The notes under the pieces: generated by a model
What the model saw: only the letters and a program-made list of their open reading frames with translations
Database searches by the model: none
Told to the model about the DNA's origin: nothing
Program-made: the position numbers and the translations under genes
Shown here: piece by piece, positions 20,303 to 29,682 of the stretch
Layout of the letters: the number at the start of each line of letters is the position of its first letter
Numbering within the stretch: the first letter of the stretch is position 1
DNA from: Candidatus Spongiisociaceae bacterium
Lineage (GTDB): Bacteria > Actinomycetota > Acidimicrobiia > Spongiisociales > Spongiisociaceae
Direction of reading: 5' to 3'
Assembly: GCA_965262915.1 (NCBI GenBank)
Contig: OZ253564.1
Span: 2,656,001-2,720,000 of the forward strand
DNA length: 64,000 bases

Positions 20303-21535
20303 ATGATCGGCCGCCTGATCCGGTTGTTCGGGCCGGCCTCGGGGTATCGGCGCCAGGATCGCCTCCTGCTCGGGCTCATGTATGTGGCCGGTTTCTTCCA
20401 GGGGTACGCGCAGACCCAGGCCGTCAACACCCTCCCTTTCGTCCGGATCGCCTTCGGGTTGACCGAAGCCGACATGAGCCGCCTGTTCGCCATCGCCCGC
20501 ATCGGGGCTCTGGTGGCGGTGGTGTATGCTGTCCTCGGTGACCGGTGGGGGCGCAGGGGTCCGTTTCTCATCGCTTACCTGATGCTGCTCGCTGCCAACG
20601 GGTTCACCGCGCTGGCGATCTCGCCCACCCTCTACACAGCCTTCCAGGTCATGGCCCGGATGGGGGCGGCGGCCATGGCGATGCTGGTCACCGTCCTGCT
20701 GGCGGAGCAGGTCCGCTGGGACAACCGGGCCTGGGCGATCAGTTTCTATGCCACCGCGGTGGCGCTCGGATCGGGCACCGGTCTGCTGGCGCTCCCGATC
20801 GCGCAGATCAACGAGCAGGGCTGGAGGGTGCTCTTCGCCGCGTCGGTCGTGGGGCTGCCGTTCTACCTGGTGCTGCGGATCAAGGTCCGGGAAAGCCGGG
20901 TGTTCCGCTACACGGAGAGCCGCACCAACCCCGTATACCCCCTGGTCGGTCACTATGCGGGACGGTTCTGGCTGGTGGCCGTCTACAGCCTGTCGATCAG
21001 CGCCTTCTCGGCGGTGGCCGTGACCTTCTCTCTTGAGCGCCTGGTCAACCATCTCGGCTACTCGAGCGCCGATGCGGCGAGGACCCTGCTGATCGGCGGT
21101 ACGGTCGGCGGGATAGGGTTCTTCCTGGGCGGGCGGATAGCCGACTCGCTCGGTCGCAAGCCGGTCATCATCTTCTCGCTGGTGGTGGGTCTGGTGGGCG
21201 GGGTCGGGTACTACTGGTGGTCCACCCCTGAACTGCTCCTGGTCGCCACGACCCTCTCCGCCTTCGGGAGTTCGGCGGCCCTTCCGGTCAGCGCCGCCCA
21301 GCGCACCGAGCTCTTCCCCACCGAGATCCGGGCCACCGCCGGCCAGTGGCTCCACTCGGTTGCCGTGCTGGGATCGATACTGGGCCTGTCCGTGGCCGGA
21401 TACACCATCGAGCTCTGGGGACTGCCCTTGACGGTGGCCGCGCTGGGGTCGGGAGTGCTCCTGGCCATCCTCGTGCAGACCGCGATCCCCGAGACGCTGG
21501 GCAACGAGATGGGTCAGATAACCACCCGGACGTAA
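20303..21535 (+). CDS. MFS transporter
   Basis: DRWGRR and ADSLGRK motif A repeats, ELFPTEIRAT, PET; about 12 hydrophobic segments. Confidence 0.85.
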   Translation: MIGRLIRLFGPASGYRRQDRLLLGLMYVAGFFQGYAQTQAVNTLPFVRIAFGLTEADMSRLFAIARIGALVAVVYAVLGDRWGRRGPFLIAYLMLLAANGFTALAISPTLYTAFQVMARMGAAAMAMLVTVLLAEQVRWDNRAWAISFYATAVALGSGTGLLALPIAQINEQGWRVLFAASVVGLPFYLVLRIKVRESRVFRYTESRTNPVYPLVGHYAGRFWLVAVYSLSISAFSAVAVTFSLERLVNHLGYSSADAARTLLIGGTVGGIGFFLGGRIADSLGRKPVIIFSLVVGLVGGVGYYWWSTPELLLVATTLSAFGSSAALPVSAAQRTELFPTEIRATAGQWLHSVAVLGSILGLSVAGYTIELWGLPLTVAALGSGVLLAILVQTAIPETLGNEMGQITTRT

Positions 21536-22794
21536 CGCCAGGTGATCGGCCCCACCCGGGCCAGCATCAGGATCACCAGCACCCACCAGATACCGCTGAT
21601 CGAGCCGGCGGTGAGCAGCAGGGTACAGGCGAGCCCGTTCGCCCCGACCATGGCCGCGGCCAGGAACGTGAAATCGGCGGCGCCGATCATGATCCCGTCG
21701 AGGACGAAGACCACGCTGTTGAGCGGCTGGGTGATGGCTACGAACGGCATCAGGGAGGCTGCCATCGCTATGACGGCCGGATCGGGTGTGAACCAGCCCG
21801 GCAGGGCGTTGCGCAGCACCCAGAACACCACCGCCATGAGTACACCCCAGGAGAAACTCCACGCCAGCATGCGGTTGGACAGCCTCCTCGCCCGGCTCGG
21901 GTCGGTTCGCAGATGGGCGGCTACGAGGTTCTGGGCGGCGATGGCGATCGAGTCCACCACCAGTGAGAGGAAGAACCAAACCTGTATGGCCACCTGGTGA
22001 GCGGCTACCTCGGTCACTCCCAGGCGGGCCGCGGAGGCGGTGGCCACCGTGAATGTGGTGACCAGGGCCAGGGTGCGCACGAAGAGAGCCGATCCGGCGC
22101 CGATCAGCTCTCTCATGTTGACCCAGCTAGGGGCGGTCCATCGAATCTCCAGGCCGGTGCGACCCGTGAAGAGCAGGTACATGAACGCCGCCGCTCCGGC
22201 GGACTGGGCGATCACCGTCGCGATGCCTGCCCCCGCCAGGCCCCAGCCGAATCCGAATATCAGGACGGGATCGAGGACCACGTTGATCAGGCTCAAGCCC
22301 AGGCTGATGAACATGGGGGTTCGGGTGTCTCCCAATCCCCTGTATACGGCGTGCCCCACGGTGATGGCGAGCAACGCGGGGAGACCGAGTCCCCGGAGGC
22401 GCAGGTAACCGACCGCGAGGTGCTCGACTTCGGGCGCCGAGCCCATGAGGCGCACCAGCTGCGGGGCGGCCGTTTCGAATACCACCAGGCCGATCACCAC
22501 GAGAACGACCGCGATCAGCATCGACTGGCCAGCCAGCACCGCCGCTCGGTCGCGGTCACCGGCGCCCATCGCACGGGCTATCAGAGGGGTGCTGGCGTAG
22601 GCGAGAGCGATGAACACGAAGAAAACCAGACCGAGCAGCCCCGTCACCACGCCGAGGGCGGCCAGGGGCGCTCCGCCCAGGCGACCTACGAACGCGGTGT
22701 CCACCAGAGCCACGAGGGGCTCGGCCGCCAGCGCGCCGAGAGCCGGGATGGCCAGCCGGAAGATCTCTCGGTCGTCGGAGGTGATTGAGAGCAT
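21514..22794 (-). CDS. MATE (DinF-like) efflux transporter
   Basis: IFRLAIPALGALAAEPLVALVDTAFVGRLG, RGLGDTRTP, LDPVLIF, AAHQVA. Confidence 0.9.
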   Translation of the reverse strand: MLSITSDDREIFRLAIPALGALAAEPLVALVDTAFVGRLGGAPLAALGVVTGLLGLVFFVFIALAYASTPLIARAMGAGDRDRAAVLAGQSMLIAVVLVVIGLVVFETAAPQLVRLMGSAPEVEHLAVGYLRLRGLGLPALLAITVGHAVYRGLGDTRTPMFISLGLSLINVVLDPVLIFGFGWGLAGAGIATVIAQSAGAAAFMYLLFTGRTGLEIRWTAPSWVNMRELIGAGSALFVRTLALVTTFTVATASAARLGVTEVAAHQVAIQVWFFLSLVVDSIAIAAQNLVAAHLRTDPSRARRLSNRMLAWSFSWGVLMAVVFWVLRNALPGWFTPDPAVIAMAASLMPFVAITQPLNSVVFVLDGIMIGAADFTFLAAAMVGANGLACTLLLTAGSISGIWWVLVILMLARVGPITWRYVRVVI

Positions 22795-22963
22795 GTGTAC
22801 CGGGGAGCTTATGAGGTGGCACGGGCGTCGGGGACACCGGCCCGGCCCGGCGAGCCGCTGGCCGGGACTCCGGAACGGGTCGGGATCGCCCGGCGGCTTC
22901 GGCATGCGGTAGGATCGCATGACGGCGGAAAGTCGTCGGCGGGCCATCTAACCTGCTCCACCT

Positions 22964-23647
22964 ATGGCGGCAGGCGAGAAACGAGCGGATGGCACCGTAC
23001 CCACCCCGAAAGAGCGGGGATTCGCCCGGCGTATCGTCAACCGCCTGGCGATACGCTATCCGGAGATCGGTACCGCGCTCCGGTACGCCAATCCGTTCGA
23101 GTTGCTGGTGTCCACGGTGATCTCCGCCCAGACCACAGACGAGAACGTGAACCGGGCCACCCCGGAGTTGTTCGCCCGGTGGCCGGCAGCCGAGGACCTG
23201 GCCGTGGCCAACCCCGAGCAGGTGGAGCGGGTGATCTTCTCGACCGGCTTCTACCGCCAGAAGACCCGTTCGATCATCGCCCTGTCCCAGGATGTGGTCG
23301 ACCGCTACGAGGGGGTGGTTCCCGACGACATCGATGAGCTGGTGACTCTGAGGGGGGTGGGCCGCAAGACCGCTTCGGTGGTCCTGGCGGAGGCCTTCGG
23401 TCAGCCGGCCATCGCGGTCGACACCCATGTGAGGAGGATCACGAACCGGACCCGGCTGACCCGCGAGCACGATCCCGCCAAGATCGAGCAGGACCTCAAG
23501 TCCCTGGTCCCCAAGCATGAATGGCAGCGTCTGTCGATGCGGATCATCCAGTTCGGCCGGGACGTGTGCGAGGCCCGCCGCCCCCGCTGCTGGGAGTGCG
23601 ACCTACGCAGGCTATGCCCCTACGAGTCGAAGACGCCCGGGCCGTAA
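22964..23647 (+). CDS. nth: Endonuclease III
   Basis: ISAQTTD, HhH LRGVGRKTASVV, VDTHV, 4Fe-4S C-X6-C-X2-C-X5-C. Confidence 0.96.
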   Translation: MAAGEKRADGTVPTPKERGFARRIVNRLAIRYPEIGTALRYANPFELLVSTVISAQTTDENVNRATPELFARWPAAEDLAVANPEQVERVIFSTGFYRQKTRSIIALSQDVVDRYEGVVPDDIDELVTLRGVGRKTASVVLAEAFGQPAIAVDTHVRRITNRTRLTREHDPAKIEQDLKSLVPKHEWQRLSMRIIQFGRDVCEARRPRCWECDLRRLCPYESKTPGP

Positions 23648-23678
23648 GCACGTTCATGGGCGGTAACCTCCCTGTGTC

Positions 23679-24239
23679 ATGAACCTTGAGCGCTACATAT
23701 CCGAGCGAGCGAGCGTGACCGGTGACATCGTCAACGTCGACAGCTTCATCAACCACCGCGTGGACGCGGCGGTGATGTCCGAGATCGGACGGCGGATCGC
23801 CGGATTAGCCGCTCCGCTCCGCCCGGACGTGATCGTCACCGCCGAGGCGAGCGGCATCCCTCCTGCCCTCCTGGCCGCGGTGGAACTGCGGCTACCGATG
23901 ATCTACGCCAAGAAGTACGTGCTGCCCGGACCCCGCCAGGCCGTGAGCCGGGAGGTGGCATCGGCCACCAAAGGGTTCGAGTACACCATCGAGATCCGGC
24001 GGCGGGTGCTCGATCCCGGATTGCGGGCTCTGGTGGTCGACGACTTCCTAGCCCAGGGGCGTACCGCGGTGGCGCTGGCCGAGATCATCGAGGAGATCGG
24101 CTGCCACATGCTGGGAGCGGTGTTCGCCATCGAGAAGGGGTGGGTCGGCGGCCGCAGGCTGCTCGAGGAGCGGGGATGGCCGGTGTGGTCGGTGATCAAC
24201 ATCGCGTCGGTCGAGGGAGGGATCGTCCGGTTTGCCTGA
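23679..24239 (+). CDS. xpt: Xanthine phosphoribosyltransferase
   Basis: VDSFINHRVD, TAEASGI, AKK, LVVDDFLAQG, IEK. Confidence 0.88.
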   Translation: MNLERYISERASVTGDIVNVDSFINHRVDAAVMSEIGRRIAGLAAPLRPDVIVTAEASGIPPALLAAVELRLPMIYAKKYVLPGPRQAVSREVASATKGFEYTIEIRRRVLDPGLRALVVDDFLAQGRTAVALAEIIEEIGCHMLGAVFAIEKGWVGGRRLLEERGWPVWSVINIASVEGGIVRFA

Positions 24240-24702
24240 GACGGCGATACCGATCGCCCGGATCGTGGATCAGCTGAGGGACCACACGGGCAACGGTTGT
24301 TTCGCCTGCGGGCTTGCCAACCCGATCGGCCTGCACATCGACGGTTTCACCCGCGACGGCGGCGACATAGTGGCCCGGTTCCCGGCCCGCCCCGACTTTC
24401 AGGGGATCATCGGGAGCCTGCACGGCGGCATCGCGGCCACCGCTCTGGACGAGATACTGGTGTGGGCGGGGATCCTTCAGGAGAAGGTGCTGACCGTGAC
24501 CGCCAAGCTGGAACTCCGCTACCGCCGGCCCGTGGGGAATCTGGGTAGCTACATCTTGTTGCGGGGCCGGGTCGACGAGCGCCGGGGCAGGCGGCTCAAC
24601 ATCAGCGGCGAGCTCGATGCCGGCGACGGTGCGGTCTCGGTTTCCGCCTCGGGCCTCTACCTGGTCAGCCACACGGTTGCCGAGTTGATGGGGGCGGGAT
24701 GA
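24232..24702 (+). CDS. PaaI-family hotdog thioesterase
   Basis: CFACGLANPIGL, HGGIAATALDE, TAKLELRYRRPV. Confidence 0.85.
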   Translation: MPETAIPIARIVDQLRDHTGNGCFACGLANPIGLHIDGFTRDGGDIVARFPARPDFQGIIGSLHGGIAATALDEILVWAGILQEKVLTVTAKLELRYRRPVGNLGSYILLRGRVDERRGRRLNISGELDAGDGAVSVSASGLYLVSHTVAELMGAG

Positions 24703-24727
24703 TCCGATCGCACGCGGGCAATACAGG

Positions 24728-24785
24728 CCGACCACCGACCACCGACCACCGACCACCGACCACCGACCACCGACCACCGACCACC
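24728..24785. repeat. Heptamer tandem repeat (CCGACCA) x8
   Basis: Eight perfect CCGACCA units at 24728-24783. Confidence 0.95.
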
Positions 24786-24925
24786 CGATCCTACAAGTGA
24801 CGTGTCTGGTGGCGTGGCGCCGGTCCCGGCCGGTCTAGGCGAGAGTCGAGTAAGGCTGGTTGGTCGACGTTCCCCGCGGTGGCCAAGGGCGCGCGTAGGA
24901 AGGACAAGCTGCTCGGGTGCCTGGA

Positions 24926-25035
24926 ATGATCAAGGCGCCGTGCCGGGCTGACGCCGAGCGGGCGGCGGCTGTGCTGGTGTCGGCAGGGGGTGAGCAGGGT
25001 GGTGCTGTTCGAGTCGGTAGCGCGTGCCGAAAAGC
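24926..25035 (+). pseudogene. Fragment of a minimal nucleotidyltransferase (MNT-type) gene, frameshifted
   Basis: MIKAPCRADAERAAAVLVSAG / VSRVVLFESVARAE resembles V.RV.LFGS.ARG; frameshift in a G-run. Confidence 0.45.
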
Positions 25036-25129
25036 GTTATCGTTGCTCCGCCGTGACCTGCGGCCTGTCGAGGAAGAGATCAGCAAACGGTCGGATGGCG
25101 ACCCGGATGAAGCTCTGTACATGTTCGTC

Positions 25130-25600
25130 CTAATGGGTCGATAGACAAGAGTCTGCCACATCGATGAGGGGTTCGACCCTTGTGGGCTGGCGTATCCAAT
25201 CCCGCGCCAGGCGGAGCCGAACCAACAAACAGGCCGTTCACAACATCGCAAGCTCACATACCCGGGTCGCCGACCAAGACCCGGTGCTGGGGGGCTGGTG
25301 CACGAATATCCGTCGCGGAGTATCCAAACGGACCTTCAGATCCCTCGACCATTTCGCCCACTGGTGTGTGGTGCGATGGCTGAGGAAACGATACCTCGGA
25401 CTGAGTGTGCACACCCTGGTCCGTCGCTACATCCCCCGATGGGAGATCAGAGACGGCCAGATGTGAAATGGTCCGACCCCAGGCGGTTCGCCGTTGTGCG
25501 CTACTGATATTGAGGCACCAAAATCCCCACACCTTCGGAGGGCCGGTCACAGAAACCCACCAGCTGATTAGCAGTCAGGGCGCCTCCGATCCGACTCTAC
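25130..25600 (+). mobile_element. Decayed group II intron: RT C-terminus, X-domain fragments and domain VI / 3' end
   Basis: Broken frames read RVCHIDEGFD..GWRIQ, PVLGGWC..RRGVSKRTF..LDHF..VVRWLRKR, RY*Y*GTKIPTP, then TTCGGAGGG...GAAACCCACCAGCTGA...CAGGGCGCC...CCGACTCTAC typical of a DVI/3' splice end; DV appears deleted. Confidence 0.75.
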
Positions 25601-25683
25601 ACCTATGTTCCTACCCGAGAGGACAGGTTCCTCTACCTCGTGGTAGTGCCTGATGTCTGGGCCCGGAGGGTGGCGGGATGGTT
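25601..25683 (+). mobile_element. IS3-family transposase (rve core) fragment; 3' exon of the intron
   Basis: TYVPTREDRFLYLVVVPDVWARRVAGW resembles IS3 (DI)TYVPT.EGFLYLAVVLDVWSRRVVGW. Confidence 0.75.
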
Positions 25684-25742
25684 CCATATAATTGTCCACA
25701 ACAGCGGGGCAACTCCACCCTTCCACTGTTAGAGTCGGATTC

Positions 25743-25766
25743 CCTGGAGCGGGGAGACGCTCCAGG
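25743..25766 (+). other. 5'-leader stem-loop before the SBP gene
   Basis: CCTGGAGCG-GGGAGA-CGCTCCAGG perfect 9-bp stem just upstream of the RBS. Confidence 0.55.
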
Positions 25767-25786
25767 AGCGGAGGGAAGGATCTGCT

Positions 25787-27529
25787 ATGTACCGGAGAGG
25801 TTTGACTTATCTAGGACTGTTGGTGACGTTCGCGCTCATCGTAGCTGCCTGCGGTGACGACTCGGCTGAGCCGGCCACACCTGCCCCGACTACCGCGGCA
25901 CCCACTGAAACAACCGCCGCGCCGACAGCAACAACCGCGGCACCCACCGAGACAACCGCCGCGCCGACAGCAACAACCGCGGCACCCACTGAAACAACCG
26001 CGGCGCCGGGCCCGGTAGTAGGGGACCTCTTCACGATGGCGATCCCGTCTGTGCCCAACAGCCTCGATCCCCAGGTTCCCCAAGGAAATGCGAGTAACGA
26101 TACTTATTCGATTTGGGTCAGCACCCTCATCCAGTACGCCAACATAGGAGCCGATCCGGCTGGATTGCAGGGCCCTACTGATATCGTCGGCGAACTTGCC
26201 GAGTCGTGGGTACGCAACGATGACGGAAGCTACACGATAACTCTGCGTTCGGCCCGAAGCACGGCCGGGAATGAGGTCACGTCAGAGGACGTAAGGTGGT
26301 CATTTGAGCGGGCAAAAGAACTGGATCCGATCGCGGCCTTCTTATACGACGCAGGAAACTTCGATACCGACAACCTAATCACGGTTATCAACGACAAGAC
26401 TTTCACGATCAACGTCACCGCTCCGAGCATCGTAACACTGCGTACTCTCATTCCGGAGAATCTGCCGGTACTCGACAGCACAGAAGCGTTGAAGTACGCG
26501 ACGGACGAAGATCCGTGGGCTTCTGAGTGGCTGGCTGGCAACATCGCCACCTTTGGCCCATATACTCTCGATTCGTTTACGCCGGGGGAAGAGATTCGGC
26601 TTCGGGCGAATGAGAACTACTGGGGCGGACCTCCGGCCTTTACTGAGGTTCTGATTCGAGCCATCCCGGACTCGAGTACGAGGCTACAGCTGTTGGCTGC
26701 TGGTGAGATTGACTTCGCCGGTCGCCTGTCGGCACGCCATTTCACCGACCTCCAAAGTAACCCTGATGTGAATACGATCATTTCACCCACAGCTAAGAGC
26801 GACGTCATTTTCTTGAGGCACGGTGTCGCGCCGTTCACCGACCCCCGGGTAAGGAAGGCAATTGCCCTGGCAATTGACAGAGGTGCTCTGGTCCAAGCCG
26901 CGTATGAGAATCTAGGAACGCCATCGCTCTTCCAAATCGATTCCCGGATGCCATACCCTGGTCTTCCACCGTCCACGCCGTACTCTTATGATCCAGACGC
27001 GGCGCGGGCACTCCTGGCCGACGCCGGGTTAGCGGATGGTTTCTCCTTCGAACTGGTAGGGTTCAACGGCCGGCCCGGTCCTCAGGCGGAACCCATAGCC
27101 ATACTTGTCAAGTCCCAACTCGCGGAGATTGGCATTGACGTGACCATCAACATGGTTGCTTCGTCGGCCGATTACAACGCGGGCAGGGCAAAAGACGGTC
27201 CTTACGTAGCGTGGATAGACCAGTATCTGTCACTGGTTCCGGATCCGTCCTATCACGTAGGACTGTTCCTGGAATCGACCAGCATTTACAACCTGGCCGG
27301 TTATGCCAATGCGCGGGTGGATGAACTAGTCGAGTTGACGACGGCGCTGGAACCGGGAGCTGAGCGCGACGAACTCCTCATCGAGATGGTTCTCATTCTC
27401 CAGGACGAGGCGGTGGTAATTCCGCTGGTAGAAGATGTCCTGCTGGTCGCGCTCGGCAGTGACATCGGGGGATACTATCCCGTAGCGAATCTGCGGCTTT
27501 ACCCGCACCGTCTCCAGCGACAGGGCTAG
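25787..27529 (+). CDS. Peptide/nickel (family 5) ABC substrate-binding lipoprotein
   Basis: Lipobox IVAAC, SLDP, GELAESW, DVRWSFER, GPYTL, PFTDPRVRKAIALAIDR, YDPDAARALL. Confidence 0.92.
   Translation: MYRRGLTYLGLLVTFALIVAACGDDSAEPATPAPTTAAPTETTAAPTATTAAPTETTAAPTATTAAPTETTAAPGPVVGDLFTMAIPSVPNSLDPQVPQGNASNDTYSIWVSTLIQYANIGADPAGLQGPTDIVGELAESWVRNDDGSYTITLRSARSTAGNEVTSEDVRWSFERAKELDPIAAFLYDAGNFDTDNLITVINDKTFTINVTAPSIVTLRTLIPENLPVLDSTEALKYATDEDPWASEWLAGNIATFGPYTLDSFTPGEEIRLRANENYWGGPPAFTEVLIRAIPDSSTRLQLLAAGEIDFAGRLSARHFTDLQSNPDVNTIISPTAKSDVIFLRHGVAPFTDPRVRKAIALAIDRGALVQAAYENLGTPSLFQIDSRMPYPGLPPSTPYSYDPDAARALLADAGLADGFSFELVGFNGRPGPQAEPIAILVKSQLAEIGIDVTINMVASSADYNAGRAKDGPYVAWIDQYLSLVPDPSYHVGLFLESTSIYNLAGYANARVDELVELTTALEPGAERDELLIEMVLILQDEAVVIPLVEDVLLVALGSDIGGYYPVANLRLYPHRLQRQG
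25885..26010 (+). repeat. Intragenic 21-bp tandem repeat encoding the (PTETTAA/PTATTAA)n linker
   Basis: Alternating cccactgaaacaaccgccgcg / ccgacagcaacaaccgcggca units. Confidence 0.85.
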
Positions 27530-27551
27530 CAGTCCCCTTGAGGGGACTGCT
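27528..27551 (+). terminator. Stem-loop directly after the SBP stop (terminator or mRNA stabiliser)
   Basis: AGCAGTCCCCT-TG-AGGGGACTGCT perfect inverted repeat; no U-tract. Confidence 0.7.
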
Positions 27552-27748
27552 GACGTGAAGGAGTCCGGCCGGGGACCCGAACGGTGCGTGCCGATACCGC
27601 CTGAACATACCTGGGATTTCGCGACCCGGCCGGTCCCGGCCCGTATGGCCCCGCAAGGAACGTCACGGGGAGGAAGTGTCACGCGCATCGGGGCTACGTG
27701 GCTCTCGGCCGCTTCCATGAGTCCGTACCCGCATCTTCTGGACGAACC

Positions 27749-28750
27749 TTGAGTGCCAGCGTCTTGCGCGTTCGCTCCGTGGCCAAGAGCTTCGGGGAGG
27801 AGGGTACAGGCGATCACATCCTCGCTGTGGATACCGTATCGTTCCAGATTCGGCCGGCTGAGACCGTGGGGCTCATTGGGGAAAGCGGCTCCGGAAAGTC
27901 CACCGTCGGGAAGCTTGCGTTGGGCCTACTCGCGCCCGATAAAGGAACCGTCGAGTTTCTCGGTCGAGATATCGCCGGGTTGTCGCGGGAGCAGTTCCGC
28001 TCGACACGATCTGAGGCGTCGGTGGTTTTCCAAGAACCGGAAGAATCACTCAATCCCCGCATGAAGGTGTTTCGAATCGTGGAGGAGCCCTTGGTGATTC
28101 ATGAGCCGCATCTCAGCAGCGGCGAGAGACACGCTCGGGTAGAGACGGCATTCGCCGACGTGAACATCGGCTCAGAGTTGTGGCAGCGACGACCGAGATC
28201 TCTCAGCGGCGGCCAGCAGCAGAGGATCGGCGTAGCTCGTGCGATCGTGACGCGCCCACAGCTTATCGTCCTTGATGAGCCGACCTCGTCGCTCGACCTG
28301 TCCGTCCAAGCGCAGATCATGAACCTGCTGTTGCGACTGCAGCAGGAACACGGTTTCTCCTACCTATTCATATCTCACGATCTCCGTGTCGTAAGTTACA
28401 TGAGCCACCGAATATTGGTGATGTACTCGGGTCGTATCGTGGAGTCCGGCCCGAGGATAGAAGTCGTCAACCGCCCGCTCCACCCTTACACACTCGTCCT
28501 GCTGTCCTCCGCTCTTTCACCTGATCCGCAGCAGTCTCCTGTTCCCGTTCTGGAGAGAGAAGATACGTCGAGTGGACGTGTGAACTCTACGGCGGGATGT
28601 GCTTTCCGGGGGAGATGCCCTTTTGCCAGTGACAACCGCTGTGCGACTGAGATCCCCGATCTCGAGGAGAAGACCCCGGGCCATGCGGCGGCAACGTTCT
28701 GTGAGGTTACGGCGGATGATTGGGATTCCATAGCAGGAGCCATCGTATGA
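27749..28750 (+). CDS. Oligopeptide ABC ATP-binding subunit (OppF-like)
   Basis: [37 protein letters not shown]; start uncertain (TTG 27749). Confidence 0.9.
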   Translation: MSASVLRVRSVAKSFGEEGTGDHILAVDTVSFQIRPAETVGLIGESGSGKSTVGKLALGLLAPDKGTVEFLGRDIAGLSREQFRSTRSEASVVFQEPEESLNPRMKVFRIVEEPLVIHEPHLSSGERHARVETAFADVNIGSELWQRRPRSLSGGQQQRIGVARAIVTRPQLIVLDEPTSSLDLSVQAQIMNLLLRLQQEHGFSYLFISHDLRVVSYMSHRILVMYSGRIVESGPRIEVVNRPLHPYTLVLLSSALSPDPQQSPVPVLEREDTSSGRVNSTAGCAFRGRCPFASDNRCATEIPDLEEKTPGHAAATFCEVTADDWDSIAGAIV

Positions 28751-28772
28751 GAGATAGTACAGAGGTGATCGA

Positions 28773-29618
28773 ATGAACGGCTATTCGTACGAAGAGTGGG
28801 TCCGATGCGGCGAGTACGCAAACCTGGAGGGCGGCCGGGTCTACTTCGTTAAGAGAGGCGAAGGTTTCCCCGTGCTGCTCATGCACTTCTACGGAGGAGA
28901 GTCGTGGTGGCTCTCACCTGTCCTGGATGCATTTGCCGAGCATTTCACGACCTACGCGATCGACATCCCCGGCTGCGGGCAGTCTGGCGAGCCCGCACTT
29001 CCTTACGGACCGCCGCAGTACGCGGCCGCACTGATCGAGTTCATGAACCGGCAGGGTATCGATCAAGCCCACCTCGTGGGTGTCCACGGCAGTGGGCTCA
29101 ACGCGGTTCATCTGGCGGCTACAAGGCCGACCCGCGTCGGTCGCTTGGTTCTCGATGGATATCCTCCCTGGAACTCATCGGAAGGTGTTGCTCTCTTTCG
29201 CGACATGATACGTCCCGTCTGGATGGACGAGAACGAATTCATGAAGTCCTACGACATGGCCGAATGGACTGGGGACCCATTTCCCAGTTTGGCGGGAGAC
29301 GAGCGAGATATCGCGATGGAAAGGGTCAAAGCCGGGTTCTTGCGCCACCGGCGATGGATCCCAGGCAGCATCAAGGAGGCCATGGGGTATGACGGATTCG
29401 TACTGCTGCCGTCCGTTCAAGCCTCCACGCTGGTTGTGTACGGTGAGTCAGACTGGAGCATCAAGCCTGTTGGGCATGGGGAGGCACCCATCCGAAGGCT
29501 ACTCCATGGGCTCACCGGCGCCCGCGCCGAAGTCATTCCGAATGCGGGCCTCGTGCCTTCCTTCGAGCAACCGGAGGCGTACACTCGCGTGGTGCTCGAG
29601 GAGTTCTTGCTCAAGTGA
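28773..29618 (+). CDS. Alpha/beta-hydrolase-fold protein with a non-canonical triad
   Basis: DIPGCGQS, HLVGVHGSG at the nucleophile elbow, LVVYGESD, IPNAGLVPSFEQPE. Confidence 0.8.
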   Translation: MNGYSYEEWVRCGEYANLEGGRVYFVKRGEGFPVLLMHFYGGESWWLSPVLDAFAEHFTTYAIDIPGCGQSGEPALPYGPPQYAAALIEFMNRQGIDQAHLVGVHGSGLNAVHLAATRPTRVGRLVLDGYPPWNSSEGVALFRDMIRPVWMDENEFMKSYDMAEWTGDPFPSLAGDERDIAMERVKAGFLRHRRWIPGSIKEAMGYDGFVLLPSVQASTLVVYGESDWSIKPVGHGEAPIRRLLHGLTGARAEVIPNAGLVPSFEQPEAYTRVVLEEFLLK

Positions 29619-29682
29619 CGGATTCAAGAGTAGAAACTCGCTTCGGCCGGCATCAGGGGCCACGAAAGCACGTTGGGGAGTG

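Noticed and set aside
24196-24777. ORF starting MVGGRWSVVGGRWS
   Set aside because: It is the translation of the heptamer repeat plus the antisense strand of the thioesterase gene.
24728-24785. CRISPR array
   Set aside because: The units are 7 bp with no spacers, and there are no cas genes in the window.
25130-25600. Active retron, DGR or functional group II intron
   Set aside because: Only C-terminal RT scraps with stops and frameshifts remain; there is no YADD core, domain V or TR/VR pair.
25692-25700. oriC based on TTGTCCACA (DnaA box)
   Set aside because: It is a single box with no cluster, DUE or dnaA/dnaN context.
29389-29682. N-terminal extensions in the ORF track (also 9068-9232, 11451-11648, 38163-38498, 62626-62790)
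   Set aside because: They overlap neighbouring genes or promoters; family homology and RBS positions support the downstream starts used.
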